Below, in pieces: positions 11,656 to 23,986 of a DNA stretch of 64,000 nt; the first letter of the stretch is position 1, and each line of letters begins with the position of its first letter. The translations under genes and the position numbers were made by a program. Source of the DNA: Oculina patagonica (lineage: Eukaryota); NCBI RefSeq assembly GCF_052425735.1, contig NC_135761.1:8990001-9054000 (forward strand). Reading direction: 5' to 3'. The notes under the pieces were generated by a model. That model was not told the DNA's origin. It did no database searches and saw only the letters and a program-made list of their open reading frames with translations.

Positions 11656-11705
11656 ACGTGACCGATTCAGCAGCGTTTCAGCGCTGAAACGCGCTGTGGT
11701 CACGT
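11656..11705. other. Nested inverted repeat: 20-bp perfect palindrome flanked by ACGTGACC/GGTCACGT
   Basis: GCGTTTCAGCGCTGAAACGC at 11673-11692 is self-complementary. Identical copies lie at about 19976 and about 35789. Confidence 0.85.
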
Positions 11706-11893
11706 CACCTGCCCATCAGATAATGTACAATGTACTTAAGTAATAAAGGAAAATCAATCAAGCTTAAAAGGGTCATAGAGGTTGCGATCAAAGCGGCATT
11801 CTCAGACAGACGCATACATTGCCATCTTCACAGATGACTGACGTGAATGAGCCGAGTCCTAGTTTTTATTGTCTGACTTGACGAGTTTGCAGT

Positions 11894-12214
11894 ATGGAAG
11901 GTTTTAAGACTGAAACTATCGGCTGGAGTGATCAATCTTGTACCCTGAAGACTTTTGTAGCCCGTTACAATCTTCCGCAACTGGTAAAAGTCGAAGACGG
12001 ATTCTATAGCGAGGACGATGGTGAGACACTTTCAGCAGATGACATTCTTATGCTACACTCCATAAAACGAACTCAAAACCTGCTCGTAGAAGACGCCGAG
12101 CACAAGGAGTATCTTCTACCACTTAATAGTCCCTGTAAAGTTGAAATACTTCCTAAACTATGCCAGGACAGGTATGACAGCGTGGAAGATGTTGACTTTT
12201 CCGATCACGTATAA
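11894..12214 (+). pseudogene. 5' fragment (first about 100 codons) of a C-type CABIT gene, cut by the duplication junction
   Basis: Identical to the gene starting at 20214 up to 12194, then reads into non-coding sequence (DFSDHV*). Confidence 0.9.
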
Positions 12215-13494
12215 CAAGGAATACCGAAACAAGGAAGTACCGCCTTTGTTTTTATTACGCATACAGTTTCACATACCTCAAGTATCATCTAATGGATCTA
12301 AAAATTACCGTGAGAACATCACGCAGAGAACACTTGAGAAAATGGTATTGATGTCCACTTAGTGAGTAATGTGAAGGTTAATTTCTTTTTTTTTCTATAA
12401 ATAGTCCATATCCAGAACAACTAAGTTTCGAAATTATAAGAAAATTTCCATCGATATTTCGAAAACGTGCAAAGTTTCTTACCATACGTTGCTTCATGAG
12501 TTTTGGAGATTTTCGAAAATGTCCGAAAATATCTCACTTTTGAATGTCTCTTTTTGTCTTTACCCTTGAAAGCTTCGCCAGCTGAAGTTGACATCCGACA
12601 TGCCCTTAAATGTTGCTTTCGATGTCACGTTCACGATTTTCACATTTTATACCTAATATTGACAAATTCCTATTTTTGGTCAAAGGTTCTGATGTAAGCA
12701 AACACGGAAATATCTATATATTCCAAATAAACAAAGGCTTTTGGTTAAAAATCCCAACTGGCAGAAGGCAGACAAGATGACCGAGATTGACATCAGTACT
12801 GGCTAGATTTGAGGACAAGAACCCAGGCCACAGAATGTCCAGTCCATCTGTGAAAGAATTAAGCTACAACAAGGAACACAACAAGGCATTTATTTTTCGA
12901 TCACGTAACAAGGAAAACTGAAATAAGGAAGAACCACCTCCGCGTATTGTTACGACAGTTTCACATACCTCGACCTATACAAGTATCATCGTATGGATCA
13001 AAAAAGTACTGATGAGCACATTACGTGAAGGCCACTTGAGAAAATGAGATTTATGTCCGTCAAATGAGTAGTCAGTCGTTGTTTATTTCAGGCTAATTTC
13101 GTTTCTTTCCACAAGTTGAACAGCTTCACAATCAGTAAAAATTTCCAGTGATCTTTCAAAAACTGTGAAAGATATTTGGGTGTTGCTCAAAGGGTTCTAG
13201 AGTTTTTCAAAAATCGTCCAAAAATGTCTCACTTTTTAGGGTGTTTCGTAGAATCTAAATGACTTTTTACACAAGAAAGCTACACCAGCAGCGACTGAAA
13301 ATCTTGTTGGACGTCCACATCAGACCGAATTTATCTCAAATATTGTCTTTAGACAACATCGAATGTTGTAGAACACTATTTAGAAACATACCCCGTGAAT
13401 TACCCCGTGTCATGTTAACGATGTTATATTCGATATTGCTTTATTAAGTTCTATTTTTAGTCATGCAACGTTATAAATACAAACAAATACTGAA

Positions 13495-13693
13495 ATAGCT
13501 TTTTGCAAATGAACACAATGTTCATGGATAAAAATCCCAACTAGCATGAGGCAGACCAGTTAGCTATTTTACAAGTGTAGCCGAGCGGTCCGACCGTGAT
13601 TACTACACCAGTAAGTGGTCGGAATGGAGACACGAATCCGGGACCTCAGGAATTTGAAATCAAGATCTTCAACCTCTCGGCCACGCTGCCTCC
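13495..13693 (-). mobile_element. tRNA-derived SINE (duplicate copy)
   Basis: Copy of 5140-5338 within the segmental duplication. Confidence 0.65.
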
Positions 13694-14863
13694 TCGAACC
13701 ACGCTGCAATGCCTTGTGATAAATAGCCTTTTTACAAGTATTTATACCTTTTAGCATCTTCTTATCTTTTGTTTTATATCTGTTTATCCTTTTGCAGTCC
13801 TAACAGTGATCAATAAGTTATTTATTTCTCTCTTTAAAATATCAATAATGGTAAGTGTATGGACAATGTGAGTACAGTAACTCGCCACTCTCAAATTCTC
13901 CTTGCAAACAAGATAAGAATTCATATGGACACGGTATTGTACAATAGTCGAGTACATTTTCGGTATGGCACATGAAGGCAAAACTTAGTAGGGTACAGTG
14001 GAACCTCGATATAACGAAGGGCCAAGGGACTGACAAAATTTGTTCGCTATAACGAGGTTTCGCGATCGTTATATCGAGGTACTTTCTCATTCGATTTCGT
14101 CTTTTAGGAAAAGTGACTTAAGAGCTATAAACCCTTAGATTAATGTTCCCAATATTTGGATTCAGCATCTAACAGTATCATTGGGCGTTTTTGCCAAAAG
14201 AACACAGCATGTTCTAACATGTTGGACTGTTCCAAACGATTTTGCAAATGTTGGAACATGTTGTAAGTTTGACATGCATCAAACTTCTGTCCAACATTTT
14301 GCAACATGTCCCAACAGGATGGTCAAACGATTCCAACATTTTTAGCTAAATATGTCGGATGAGGGCTTCGTAAACACCCTTTTCATTTTCAAAACATTTA
14401 ACTGACTGCTATAAAAACTCAAGGTTACATGCTAGTGGCCTCAGAATGGACCATCTCCAGTCTCTAATTTCATCATGCCCTTTTCGTTTCTTTACTGTTT
14501 TTGTAATAGCGCTTTTGGATCTTTGAGGAAAAGCGCACTATAAATCTGTTATTATTGTTATTATTTTTGATATTCTCTAGGTCAATGGGTATTCTTTGTC
14601 AGATCCGTGTCAAACGTTTTCCAACGGCCGTTGCACAGTGGCCAGCCATGAAACGACGAGCAAGTAAAAAAAAAAAAAAAATTTAAGAAATAAAATATCA
14701 GAAAAGAGCCTGTAAGACTCTATAGTGAAACAGCAAAGCTCCATCACGCTAGTAGCAGTTTAAATGTTCTCCTATAGAATACATATAACAGGCTGTTCCT
14801 TTGCACGTTTTTAACAGAGTCTAGGCCCTCGTAGTTTAAGGGGTATGTGTGTCCTGCCAACCG

Positions 14864-17302
14864 CTATAGCTGCGGTCTCCACCCAGCAATTACTTTAAGA
14901 AGTTTCAAACGGTGGAAGCGATCCATTCCAAACGACTCCAAAGCTTCTTCATCCAAGCAGACGAGCATGCTGCCATCAACCTGGCGCTCGTTGAAAATCT
15001 TCTCAAATTGTTGCATGTTCAGGCTCTTTAAACACTCGAGTACTTCAGTGACTCTCAGAGTAGTTAAGTCTTGTGGAATAATAAAACTGGTCTTCGAAAC
15101 ATCTTTCACAGTTGACTGGAATTCTTCTGATGTTGTTGGCTCTTGCCCTGTTTTAGGTCTTGATGTTGTGTCGTGGCCGATGCCTGGAGTGACTTGAAGT
15201 TTCTGTTCATTAGTCGGAGACAAGTGGCTTTCATCTTGTGATGTTTTCGAGAAAGAACGTGGCTTAACCCTTGGGGATGGAACAGGTTGGCGGCCTTTGA
15301 AGCTTGCAACTTTGTCTCCTAATACGTTTGTCGCTTTGTGAGGAATCTCGGGACGTATAACTTCCCCGGTGTGTTTGATACGTGAAGGACGTGGTGGGGG
15401 GTCCTTTTTGACCGTTTTACTTGCAGATGTGTCAGCCACAAGTGTACCTTGCTGTTGGGTCTTGGAATTCGCGTCCTTGTCACTTCTTTGAGGAGGTTCT
15501 GGCAGACTTTCCGTTTTGTTTGTGCTGGTTGGCAGTACCCGCATACCATTAACGCTATGTCTTCCGTTTGCCTCCGGTTTAGTGCCCACTGGACGATCCC
15601 CGCTGGACAATTGAGATCCCCCTGAACAACTTCCTTGTTTAAAAGGAACTGATGGAAGTGCATCACCGCTTGAACGAGTCACCTTCGGTACAAGCAAGAT
15701 GTTTTGGTTTAAGGCAACAGTTGTCTCTGACTCCGTCTCCTCAGAGCCATAAAACAGGTTTTTCTTTGCCGACGAAGTTGTCGTTTGCGGCAACGGATTC
15801 CTATTCAGTGATTGGCTAGCACAGCTCTGGACGATAAAATTGTCTGCGCCGCCGGGAGCACTTTCAGTTTCGGCCACTTTTTCCTTCCTTCCGAACGTTT
15901 TCATCTTCGTGCATGACATTAAGGTCGGGGACATTTTCGAAATCTTCAACGAAACCACTTCACCTTGATGTTGACAGCTCTCAGAATCTTCCGAGGTTTG
16001 ATCCATTACGTGCATCAGTTTGTTTAAATTCTGTTTCGATACTTGATGAGTGCTCGAGTCGCTTCTTCTTCTCTCCATTAACAAAGGATTGTGTTTCGCT
16101 TCTGGCCGTGCGCTAAAATTCAAGTCGTCGTAAACGTGTTCCTTGCTGTCCATGACGTTTGCTTGTAGTTGTAATTCGCTGTTAGTCCTTTGTAATAAAA
16201 CAGTTCCTTTACCAGGAAGTGTCACACTTTTGCTTCTTAACACTCTTTTGGGAGGCACCGGTGAATAAGTATTATGGCGGGCTCCTAACCCGTCGTGACC
16301 CAACTGTGCGATTGTCATGCACTTGCCACTGATTTCGCTGTCTCCTTTAAATGTAACTCCTCTTTTTGGCTGAGACGAGCTTGGCAGTGGTTTGAAGCCA
16401 GACATGTCTTCATACTGATTTTCGTCGTCGAGAAATTCTTTGATATCGTTACCAGCTTCGTTCTTCGTCGATATAAACTTCAAGGAAACATCCGGTGACT
16501 TAGGTATAGCTTTCATTGTTAAAGGCACGACGCTGATCGGTAGCGTCTTGGGAAATGAGAACTTTGAGGTCACGCCTTGGACTTCCGTTGTAGCCGTCAC
16601 GAATGAGTCTGCCAGAATCCCCTTCAATTTGACAACACCTTCAGGCAAAACTGGGTAAGAATCTCTTTTTGAAGGTCCGCGTATTTCCTCTTTTTCCGCA
16701 GTATCCTCGTTTGTAATTGTATCAATAAATCTCACATAGACGGGGAGCTTATTCTTCTTTACAAATTTGGCAAGTGGTAACTCTTCACCGTCCCAGAGCG
16801 CTTGAAATTTCGCTTGACAACTCGCTGGAACTTTCAACAGAGGTTTCCCCTTGTCGCTAACTTTTTTGAAAGCCACAAAGTTTTCACGAGACTTTTTCTT
16901 TTTAATCTTGAGTTTGTCGCCATTCTTTATGACAGTTTCGTAGTTGGGATCGGTCTCAATAACGCGCACGAATTTTATAGCCGAGCTATCATGGCCCAGG
17001 TCTTGAAGCCTGAGCTTCTGTTGAAATCTCTCTTCTGCTACCCGTTCCACAGTACAAGGGTAGCCAAGCGGAATACGACTTTCTTCGCCTTCTGCGTCTT
17101 CAAACAACACAGTTTCGACGCTTTCGATCGTCAACAAGTTGTAGACAGTATCCGCTCCAATAGTTGTGCACTGTAACTCGTCGTAATATCCATCCTGCAC
17201 CTTCACTAGTTGAGGGAGAGTAAACTTATCTAGAAAATCTCTCAGTGAGTATGAGCCAGTGTTACTTGCTGAAACGGAATTAATCATTCGAAAGTCGCAC
17301 AT
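14864..17302 (-). CDS. Gene B2: CABIT-like + SAM adaptor, identical protein to B1
   Basis: 812-aa ORF with a translation identical to 6510-8948. Confidence 0.85.
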   Translation of the reverse strand: MCDFRMINSVSASNTGSYSLRDFLDKFTLPQLVKVQDGYYDELQCTTIGADTVYNLLTIESVETVLFEDAEGEESRIPLGYPCTVERVAEERFQQKLRLQDLGHDSSAIKFVRVIETDPNYETVIKNGDKLKIKKKKSRENFVAFKKVSDKGKPLLKVPASCQAKFQALWDGEELPLAKFVKKNKLPVYVRFIDTITNEDTAEKEEIRGPSKRDSYPVLPEGVVKLKGILADSFVTATTEVQGVTSKFSFPKTLPISVVPLTMKAIPKSPDVSLKFISTKNEAGNDIKEFLDDENQYEDMSGFKPLPSSSQPKRGVTFKGDSEISGKCMTIAQLGHDGLGARHNTYSPVPPKRVLRSKSVTLPGKGTVLLQRTNSELQLQANVMDSKEHVYDDLNFSARPEAKHNPLLMERRRSDSSTHQVSKQNLNKLMHVMDQTSEDSESCQHQGEVVSLKISKMSPTLMSCTKMKTFGRKEKVAETESAPGGADNFIVQSCASQSLNRNPLPQTTTSSAKKNLFYGSEETESETTVALNQNILLVPKVTRSSGDALPSVPFKQGSCSGGSQLSSGDRPVGTKPEANGRHSVNGMRVLPTSTNKTESLPEPPQRSDKDANSKTQQQGTLVADTSASKTVKKDPPPRPSRIKHTGEVIRPEIPHKATNVLGDKVASFKGRQPVPSPRVKPRSFSKTSQDESHLSPTNEQKLQVTPGIGHDTTSRPKTGQEPTTSEEFQSTVKDVSKTSFIIPQDLTTLRVTEVLECLKSLNMQQFEKIFNERQVDGSMLVCLDEEALESFGMDRFHRLKLLKVIAGWRPQL

Positions 17303-17978
17303 CGGTGGAATTAGGTACCTGCTAATGTCTTAGTAATATTACGCTTCTTCTTCTTCAGTGACCGGAGCCTAAGCTTTGCATGCTAACGCTGCCTCGTGAA
17401 GGGAAGACGAACTCCATGGAGCTATTAAGTCTTCTTACTGTTAAATTGCCTCAACTCGACTTCCGTTCGAAATGAAACTGGTTTCTTGTCAAGATCGACG
17501 AGTCGTTTTTGAAACAAATGCTGTTGTCTTCCTTAAAAGTTTCGAAACTGAAATATGATAACCAGTTATTTTCGAAACGCTTTTTCCATATTGAAAAGTT
17601 TGCAATTGTCAGTTTTTTCCTTACCATTTTTAGCCATTTTGGCTCTAACCTATGACAGGTGGTCATAGATTGATAGGGCTTCTGTTTAGAAACGGTGTTT
17701 GTTAAGATGAAAGAATTGCCCTGCTAAAAAGGAAGTTATCTATTGAATAGTTTCCATCCATAGATAGATTTTCTCTACATCTAACGTTTCAGGGAATCCT
17801 TCCTAAATTTTCAAAACGCGATTCCTATTTAATTATGCATGTAGGAAATAAATTATGCAAGGTTACTTTCTACGTCGTCATTTTAGCTGAAATATTTTTT
17901 TAAAGAAACAGTCAGCCTTTTTATAGGCTTACGAAATGGCGCAAATGAAATGATACGGTTACAGTTGTAAAAGAAGTA

Positions 17979-18478
17979 CAGTAGAACCCCGATAACTCGA
18001 ACTCTGAAGGGAAACGAAAAACAGTTCGAGTTAGCGGGGTTTAGAGTTATCGGGGTCATTTGAATAATTAATTTGCCAAGTTAATAATTGAAAGTTAACT
18101 GATTTTTCAGCACTTCAGTATACAGTACAGTGCAAATTAAACTAATCTCATCAGAAACTCTAACATGATCATAAATTCTTATGATAAGAGTGGCAAATGG
18201 CTGTCAAATACGTGATCGGTTCGTTGCTCTATAAATCAATGGGCCACCGTGGTGAGTTGCAAGAACCGGAATTCGAGTTATCGGGGTAAATTTGACCCAA
18301 ATTTTGATCAAGGGAAACGAAATTTAGTTCGAGTTAGCGGGGTTTTCGAGTTATCCGAGTTCGAGTTAACCGGGTAAAAATGACTGAAAAGTGTTGTGAA
18401 ATCCAAGGGAAATGGAAGTTAGTTCGAGTTAGCGGGGTTGTTCGAGTTATCCGAGTTCGAGTTACCGGGGTTCTACTG
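17979..18478. mobile_element. Tc1/mariner-pogo type MITE (duplicate copy)
   Basis: Same TIRs and TA TSD as 9625-10124. Confidence 0.92.
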
Positions 18479-19091
18479 TATTCTTATTTATAATCACGAC
18501 CATAAAACAAACAAAGCGGGTGTGCAGCTCGTACTATATGTCCGAGTATTTAATGCCGTCCTCATCAAGTACATTGCTCAAACACACATAACTGAAACAC
18601 TACTCGGACTACAAGCCTATGTGCCGCCTGGTACAAAAACCCAAAAACCTATTGGGGAAAATTGCAAAGTACTCCCCGACCAAACGCAGGCGCGTGAACC
18701 TTTGGGGGTTATTAAAGGTAAAGTACAAAGATAACAAAAGTGTATAAAACAAAAGTTGTAAAGTTCGAGAGCTGAGATACATACATTGCTCGATTATCAA
18801 TCCCTATATACGTTACAACAATAGAGTCAATTAACGCCATAACGGCTCACATGCGTTCATACCACTCACAGTTTAGTTCCGCCGAATGTAAATACATAAG
18901 TCTCGTAGCTGTAAGTATGTTTTTCTAAACCAATAAAAAAGGCCTTGTCCCCTTTACGTTTTCATGTGATACTCACAAAGCCGGAAGAATCTCAAGTTCA
19001 TATAGTTGAGCATGGTATCATTTAGCCTTGGCCTTCGAAACCAACGTGGACGACAGTGCGGAAAGCAGTACAGCGAGTTCAAGTAAAAAGA

Positions 19092-19250
19092 AAAGCGGCG
19101 GAAGATACTGCGTTACAGGAGCGCAGAAAAAACACTAGTTGTAAGAACAACTCTTACACAGATAGAATCGACATGCACCAATTTTCATCTAATCCGGTAG
19201 TACGAAATAAGTGGGTGGAATTTGTCCAAAGACACCGTGTCGATTTTAAC
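19092..19250 (+). pseudogene. Degenerate THAP fragment (duplicate copy)
   Basis: Copy of 10752-10910. Confidence 0.6.
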
Positions 19251-19442
19251 GCGTCTCCTGGCCGTGTTTGCTATGTACTTAAATCTTGTTTCATTATAGG
19301 TGAATGTCAAAACAGCAAAATTCTAACTTGACCGAAGAAAAAAAATAAAAAATATATTTTTTTATCTGTGGACCTCGATGTGATTTCTTTTGTTTTATTC
19401 TCCTTCGAAGCCACGTAAGAATTATTATATATCGAAATAGGC

Positions 19443-19473
<31 letters not shown>

Positions 19474-20213
19474 CCAAATATAATGTCCCATAAAACTCAG
19501 ACGCAAAAGTCCTTCCGAGTGTAAGCCCATATTGTTGGGTTGTTTTGTATTTTACGTTGTTAGAGAATGCGCAGAGACCTTTAATGTTTGTCAAACGACT
19601 GAAGGACTTGTGAGAGTTTTTCCATGTGGTATTCTTGTATGCTCCAAACAACTTTTAGCTGTTCAGACACAGTGTCCGTCCGCATAGAAACCCAGCGATT
19701 TTTAAAACGCAAATTTCCGTCCTAAAATAAGCTCTAAAAGCTTTCAAACTTCTTCGGGCTGGAGAGGTTACCCCAAACCCCCTCCCCTTCGCTTCCCCTC
19801 CCCTCCCCTACAACCTCGCGCATACGCCGCACTAACGCACCCACGAAAATCCTGGCAACAGGCACAGAAGGGGGCGGGAAATACGCTAGAAAGGAGTCAG
19901 CCACACGTTAAAGTGAATAACGACAGGTAATGACTTTGCTTTCACTTTTGTGAAAAACAACAGCCTTAAAAAACCACGTGACCGATTCAGCAGCGTTTCA
20001 GCGCTGAAACGCGCTGTGGTCACGTCACCTGCCCATCAGATAATGTACAATGTACTTAAGTAATAAAGGAAAATCAATCAAGCTTAAAAGGGTCATAGAG
20101 GTTGCGATCAAAGCGGCATTCTCAGACAGACGCATACATTGCCATCTTCACAGATGACTGACGTGAATGAGCCGAGTCCTAGTTTTTATTGTCTGACTTG
20201 ACGAGTTTGCAGT

Positions 20214-21503
20214 ATGGAAGGTTTTAAGACTGAAACTATCGGCTGGAGTGATCAATCTTGTACCCTGAAGACTTTTGTAGCCCGTTACAATCTTCCGCAA
20301 CTGGTAAAAGTCGAAGACGGATTCTATAGCGAGGACGATGGTGAGACACTTTCAGCAGATGACATTCTTATGCTACACTCCATAAAACGAACTCAAAACC
20401 TGCTCGTAGAAGACGCCGAGCACAAGGAGTATCTTCTACCACTTAATAGTCCCTGTAAAGTTGAAATACTTCCTAAACTATGCCAGGACAGGTATGACAG
20501 CGTGGAAGATGTTGTGGATTCCTGGACTCATTCGGCTGATTTCAAGTTCATTCGTGTCGCTAAAGTTTATTCTTGTTCACCTTCGTTGCGCATTAGAGCA
20601 GGAGACATCTTGGAACCGAGAAGGACCGTCACAGAAAACCATGTTAAGTTTCTGCAATGTGTGTTTTATGGCCGGACTGAGTACCTTGTGAATCTTCCTT
20701 TCAATGTCAAAGCTGCTTTTGAACCCTTAGCCAGTAGAGAACCAGTCCAGTTCGAAGACATCCTGCACTCGTTTGAGCTTCCTGTTCGAGTGAAATTCAC
20801 TTCATCCTGCGACACCACGACACAAGATGCAAACAGCAACAACATTGACTTCCAGTCACTCGGCCCAGTTTTTTTACAAGAACTTCAACAGGGCACTCCG
20901 ACAGCAATTATTGCAACACTTCGTGACGTCGATATGACACCGGTCGCAGATTTAACGATCCCAATAGATATGGATGTAAATGTGTGTCCTGCACGTGAAG
21001 CTGTGATAGGCAATGAAGACTATGACAGAATCTGCGAAGAAATCCACCACGGAACTGAGCACACAAAGGTAAACCTCTATGAAAATGGTTGTAAATCTTT
21101 TGAAGAACCCACTGTAGACCCTGTGGTGGATGTTGACCATGAGTACGAAGAAGTAGAGCCTCTGCCACCGAAACCCAAGCCTCAGCCTAAGCCAAATCGC
21201 AGACCTGTTCCAACGTATGAAAACCTGATGAATGACGATGTGTTAGAGGCACCGAAAGAAGGCCCATCCAATTTTGAGGGGGCATCACCTCATGATTGTA
21301 AGGAAGACAGCAAATACAATGTAGAAGATGACGAGGAAGATACATACCTTAGTTCAGATAGTGACTCTGACGAAGATTATATCTTTGTTGAACCGATACA
21401 TAATGAGCAAATCTACCCATCCAATATTGACGCTGATGACGAGACACCACCACCTCGCCCTCGTCGAGTTGAATCACTTAGCCGCTATAAAGATAACCAG
21501 TGA
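20214..21503 (+). CDS. Gene C1: CABIT-domain adaptor without SAM
   Basis: 429 aa, with LPQLVKVEDGFY and the CABIT core LQC-x8-VNLPFNVKAAF. The tail has YEEV, PLPPKPKP, YENL, an acidic tract and PPPRPRR. It is a close paralog of gene F. Confidence 0.82.
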   Translation: MEGFKTETIGWSDQSCTLKTFVARYNLPQLVKVEDGFYSEDDGETLSADDILMLHSIKRTQNLLVEDAEHKEYLLPLNSPCKVEILPKLCQDRYDSVEDVVDSWTHSADFKFIRVAKVYSCSPSLRIRAGDILEPRRTVTENHVKFLQCVFYGRTEYLVNLPFNVKAAFEPLASREPVQFEDILHSFELPVRVKFTSSCDTTTQDANSNNIDFQSLGPVFLQELQQGTPTAIIATLRDVDMTPVADLTIPIDMDVNVCPAREAVIGNEDYDRICEEIHHGTEHTKVNLYENGCKSFEEPTVDPVVDVDHEYEEVEPLPPKPKPQPKPNRRPVPTYENLMNDDVLEAPKEGPSNFEGASPHDCKEDSKYNVEDDEEDTYLSSDSDSDEDYIFVEPIHNEQIYPSNIDADDETPPPRPRRVESLSRYKDNQ

Positions 21504-21970
21504 AAACGCACCCAAACGTCAGCAAGAAAAGCGCAACCGAGGTAAAACTTAAAGAAGAAAATCTCTAACAAGCCTTATTCGAAATATTTTCAAAAAGACC
21601 TCTTTAAACTACCCTCGGACCCTTTTGCCTATCGTTGATCCATAGCCTGCGTGCAGGCTCCCAATCTGAAGAAGAAGGGTTTTCACCTAATCCTCGACCA
21701 GAGAGCGTGTTCACAGGCAATTAATCCAGGACTTCTCAAGCCGCAGTTGCTCCAACACGCCGGTCTCGTCGGTCTCGACCATTGTCTGAAGTATGGCATG
21801 GCCAGCGTACAGTCTGCAGATACTGTTTCTCGGGTCTGATATCATCCTAGCATTAACAGTGAAGACTGTATATACCTTTCTTCCGCCTATTTTCTTGTCA
21901 GGAGTAAAAGGTTATCAGGGCTTAGAAGGCTTAAGAATGCTGACACGTTTGAAAGAGACCTTGTTGATGT
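21493..21970 (+). pseudogene. Decayed ancestral C-terminus (linker and SAM relic) downstream of gene C
   Basis: The +1 frame ITSENAPKRQQEKRNRGKT*RRKSLTSLIRNIFKK aligns without gaps to gene F IPSDSELKASQEKPNLSKKPKKLQIKNRLSAMFKN. Further on, GLRRLKNADTFERDLVD resembles the SAM segment CLRKLNMGEHVERFKSDLID. Confidence 0.55.
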
Positions 21971-23986
21971 ACGGTGTCTCTATCGATCAGCAAACAATTT
22001 CTTATGTTATACTTCAGTCGATGATTATTGTGTTAATTTGGCATATACAGATGTAATTTAATTTCGCTTTCTCTTTGCCCTAGCAAAATGATCAAAGTAT
22101 TTTTTTTTCTTCTAAGTGTTGAATGAAAGTGTTCGAACTAGGGCCGCGGCTAAGCGATTAGCCAAGTTTATTCAACATGATGCTAGATAAAAGTGTTTGA
22201 TCGTTTAGCCAAAACTTTCTGCATTTTGTTTATTCCTTTCAATGTATCTCCTTGTGAGCGTCTTTTAAAAGAGTGATTTCTGACGAAAACTGTATGTATG
22301 CCTTTGATTTCTTTACCACGTAGGCAAAATAGTTTAAAAATACCATTCACATATTAGATTAGCGTATAGGTTCCAATTCTGGATTCTCTTAAACGTTTTG
22401 TTGATATATCTGCATTTTAGTTTGTGAACAGCTTCCAAATATGATTTATTAGCGACCCAGATATACCTTTGTGTTTCTAGTAAACAAAATACATTTATGT
22501 CGTAAGTGAAATCTGTTTATTAGTTTAAAACCTTCTAATGAAGTACAGTTTAAGTGTTACCCTACTTCCTCAATTTCTATAGAATTTCATTTACAATGTT
22601 TATTTTGGCTACCACTTTTCTAGTTCACTGAATATTTTGCTAGCTATTTTAGTGTAGTTTTAATTCTTTCTTTATATTGTTCAGCTATGCAGCATGTCTA
22701 TTTATTTCCTGTATTGCAACTGAGATCTCCTAGCTGATAAGTTCAAGTCGATAAATCGTATAAACATATTTGAATGCATATTGCCATTGGTAATGGAATA
22801 TCTGTAGAGAGTAGAAATGTTATAGTACAAGTTAATAACACATCAGAAAACTTACTAAGCTGTGTTTAAGCAATTGGAAATGAATCATCCTCACTTAGTT
22901 TAAGTGTTGCTACTTGTAATTAAGTAAAAACAAGGTGAATATAGATTTAATAATCTCTAAATTGCGGATAGAAAGTTAACTTAGTGAAATGATACTCAAA
23001 GCTAGATACGATTACACAAGCCTATTTGAAAAAAACTGATGTTTCAACTGCATAATTAGCTTACTTTACATTATTATGCAATGGACAAACTATACTGAAC
23101 ATACATTCTCCTTGTTTAGTATATACAGTAACTTTGGTCATATTTATAGGTCGCACATTATTACATGAAATAATCAAAAAAAGCTTTACCAGCTTCTCAG
23201 GAATCCTTCAAAGTAAATTAAACCTCGACAGACATTTTCTCAAGTCAGTCCAAAAGTCAAAAGGTTCCGCAACAGCGGTCCACCATGCTGCGCAATAACG
23301 TCTTTGTCAACTGACCAATCGGTACCATATTTATATCTAAGCCTTTCAATATTGACCGCGTACGTCAATCAAAATATTGCTTCCGGGGGTCTCACGCTTT
23401 TTTTTTTGTCTCATCAAAATTTTGTGTCTGTCTGATCTTTTACTTGAGGAATAAACCATTCGATCTTGTTGTTAAACCACAATAAGAAAGAGTTTTGTTG
23501 AATCAAATCATGTCTGATCAAACATATATTGTACACCTCTATTGTCATTCCGCTTCTCCTACACCCCCTCCCCCAACCCATCAACCCTCGCCCTTCCCCT
23601 CTCCCCCCGTCTTTATTATGACCATTCGGCCATATGACAATTCTTGCCTAATTCAGTAATTTCTTTCGAACTAAGTGAGCTGAAACGAAAAACATTTAGC
23701 TAGCACTGTGTGGAACTTCAATGATTATTGAATAAGTGGATGAGTTGTTGAGATAATAACAATCCGAAACAATCCTAGTAATTCGGCTTTATGATCTTTA
23801 TAGCTACTCGCAGTACGTTATAAAAAAATAGCTAACTCGGCATTGTGCAGGCTTGGATGTTGTTTTTTCGGTCTATACGATAACAACCAACTTCTACGAA
23901 TGCCAACTGCATAATTAACATCGGTGTGGTAAGAACTTTGATTTTTCTACACAAAATAATGTCAGTGAAACAAATAAAGTTTTAGC

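Larger units (their letters stand above)
3839..20514. repeat. Recent 8.3-kb tandem segmental duplication (3839-12194 and 12195-20514)
   Basis: Near-identical sequence at offset about 8354-8356. The junction gatgttg|acttttccgatc lies at 12194/12195, inside a C-type gene. The copies differ by a few indels near their 3' ends. Confidence 0.95.
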
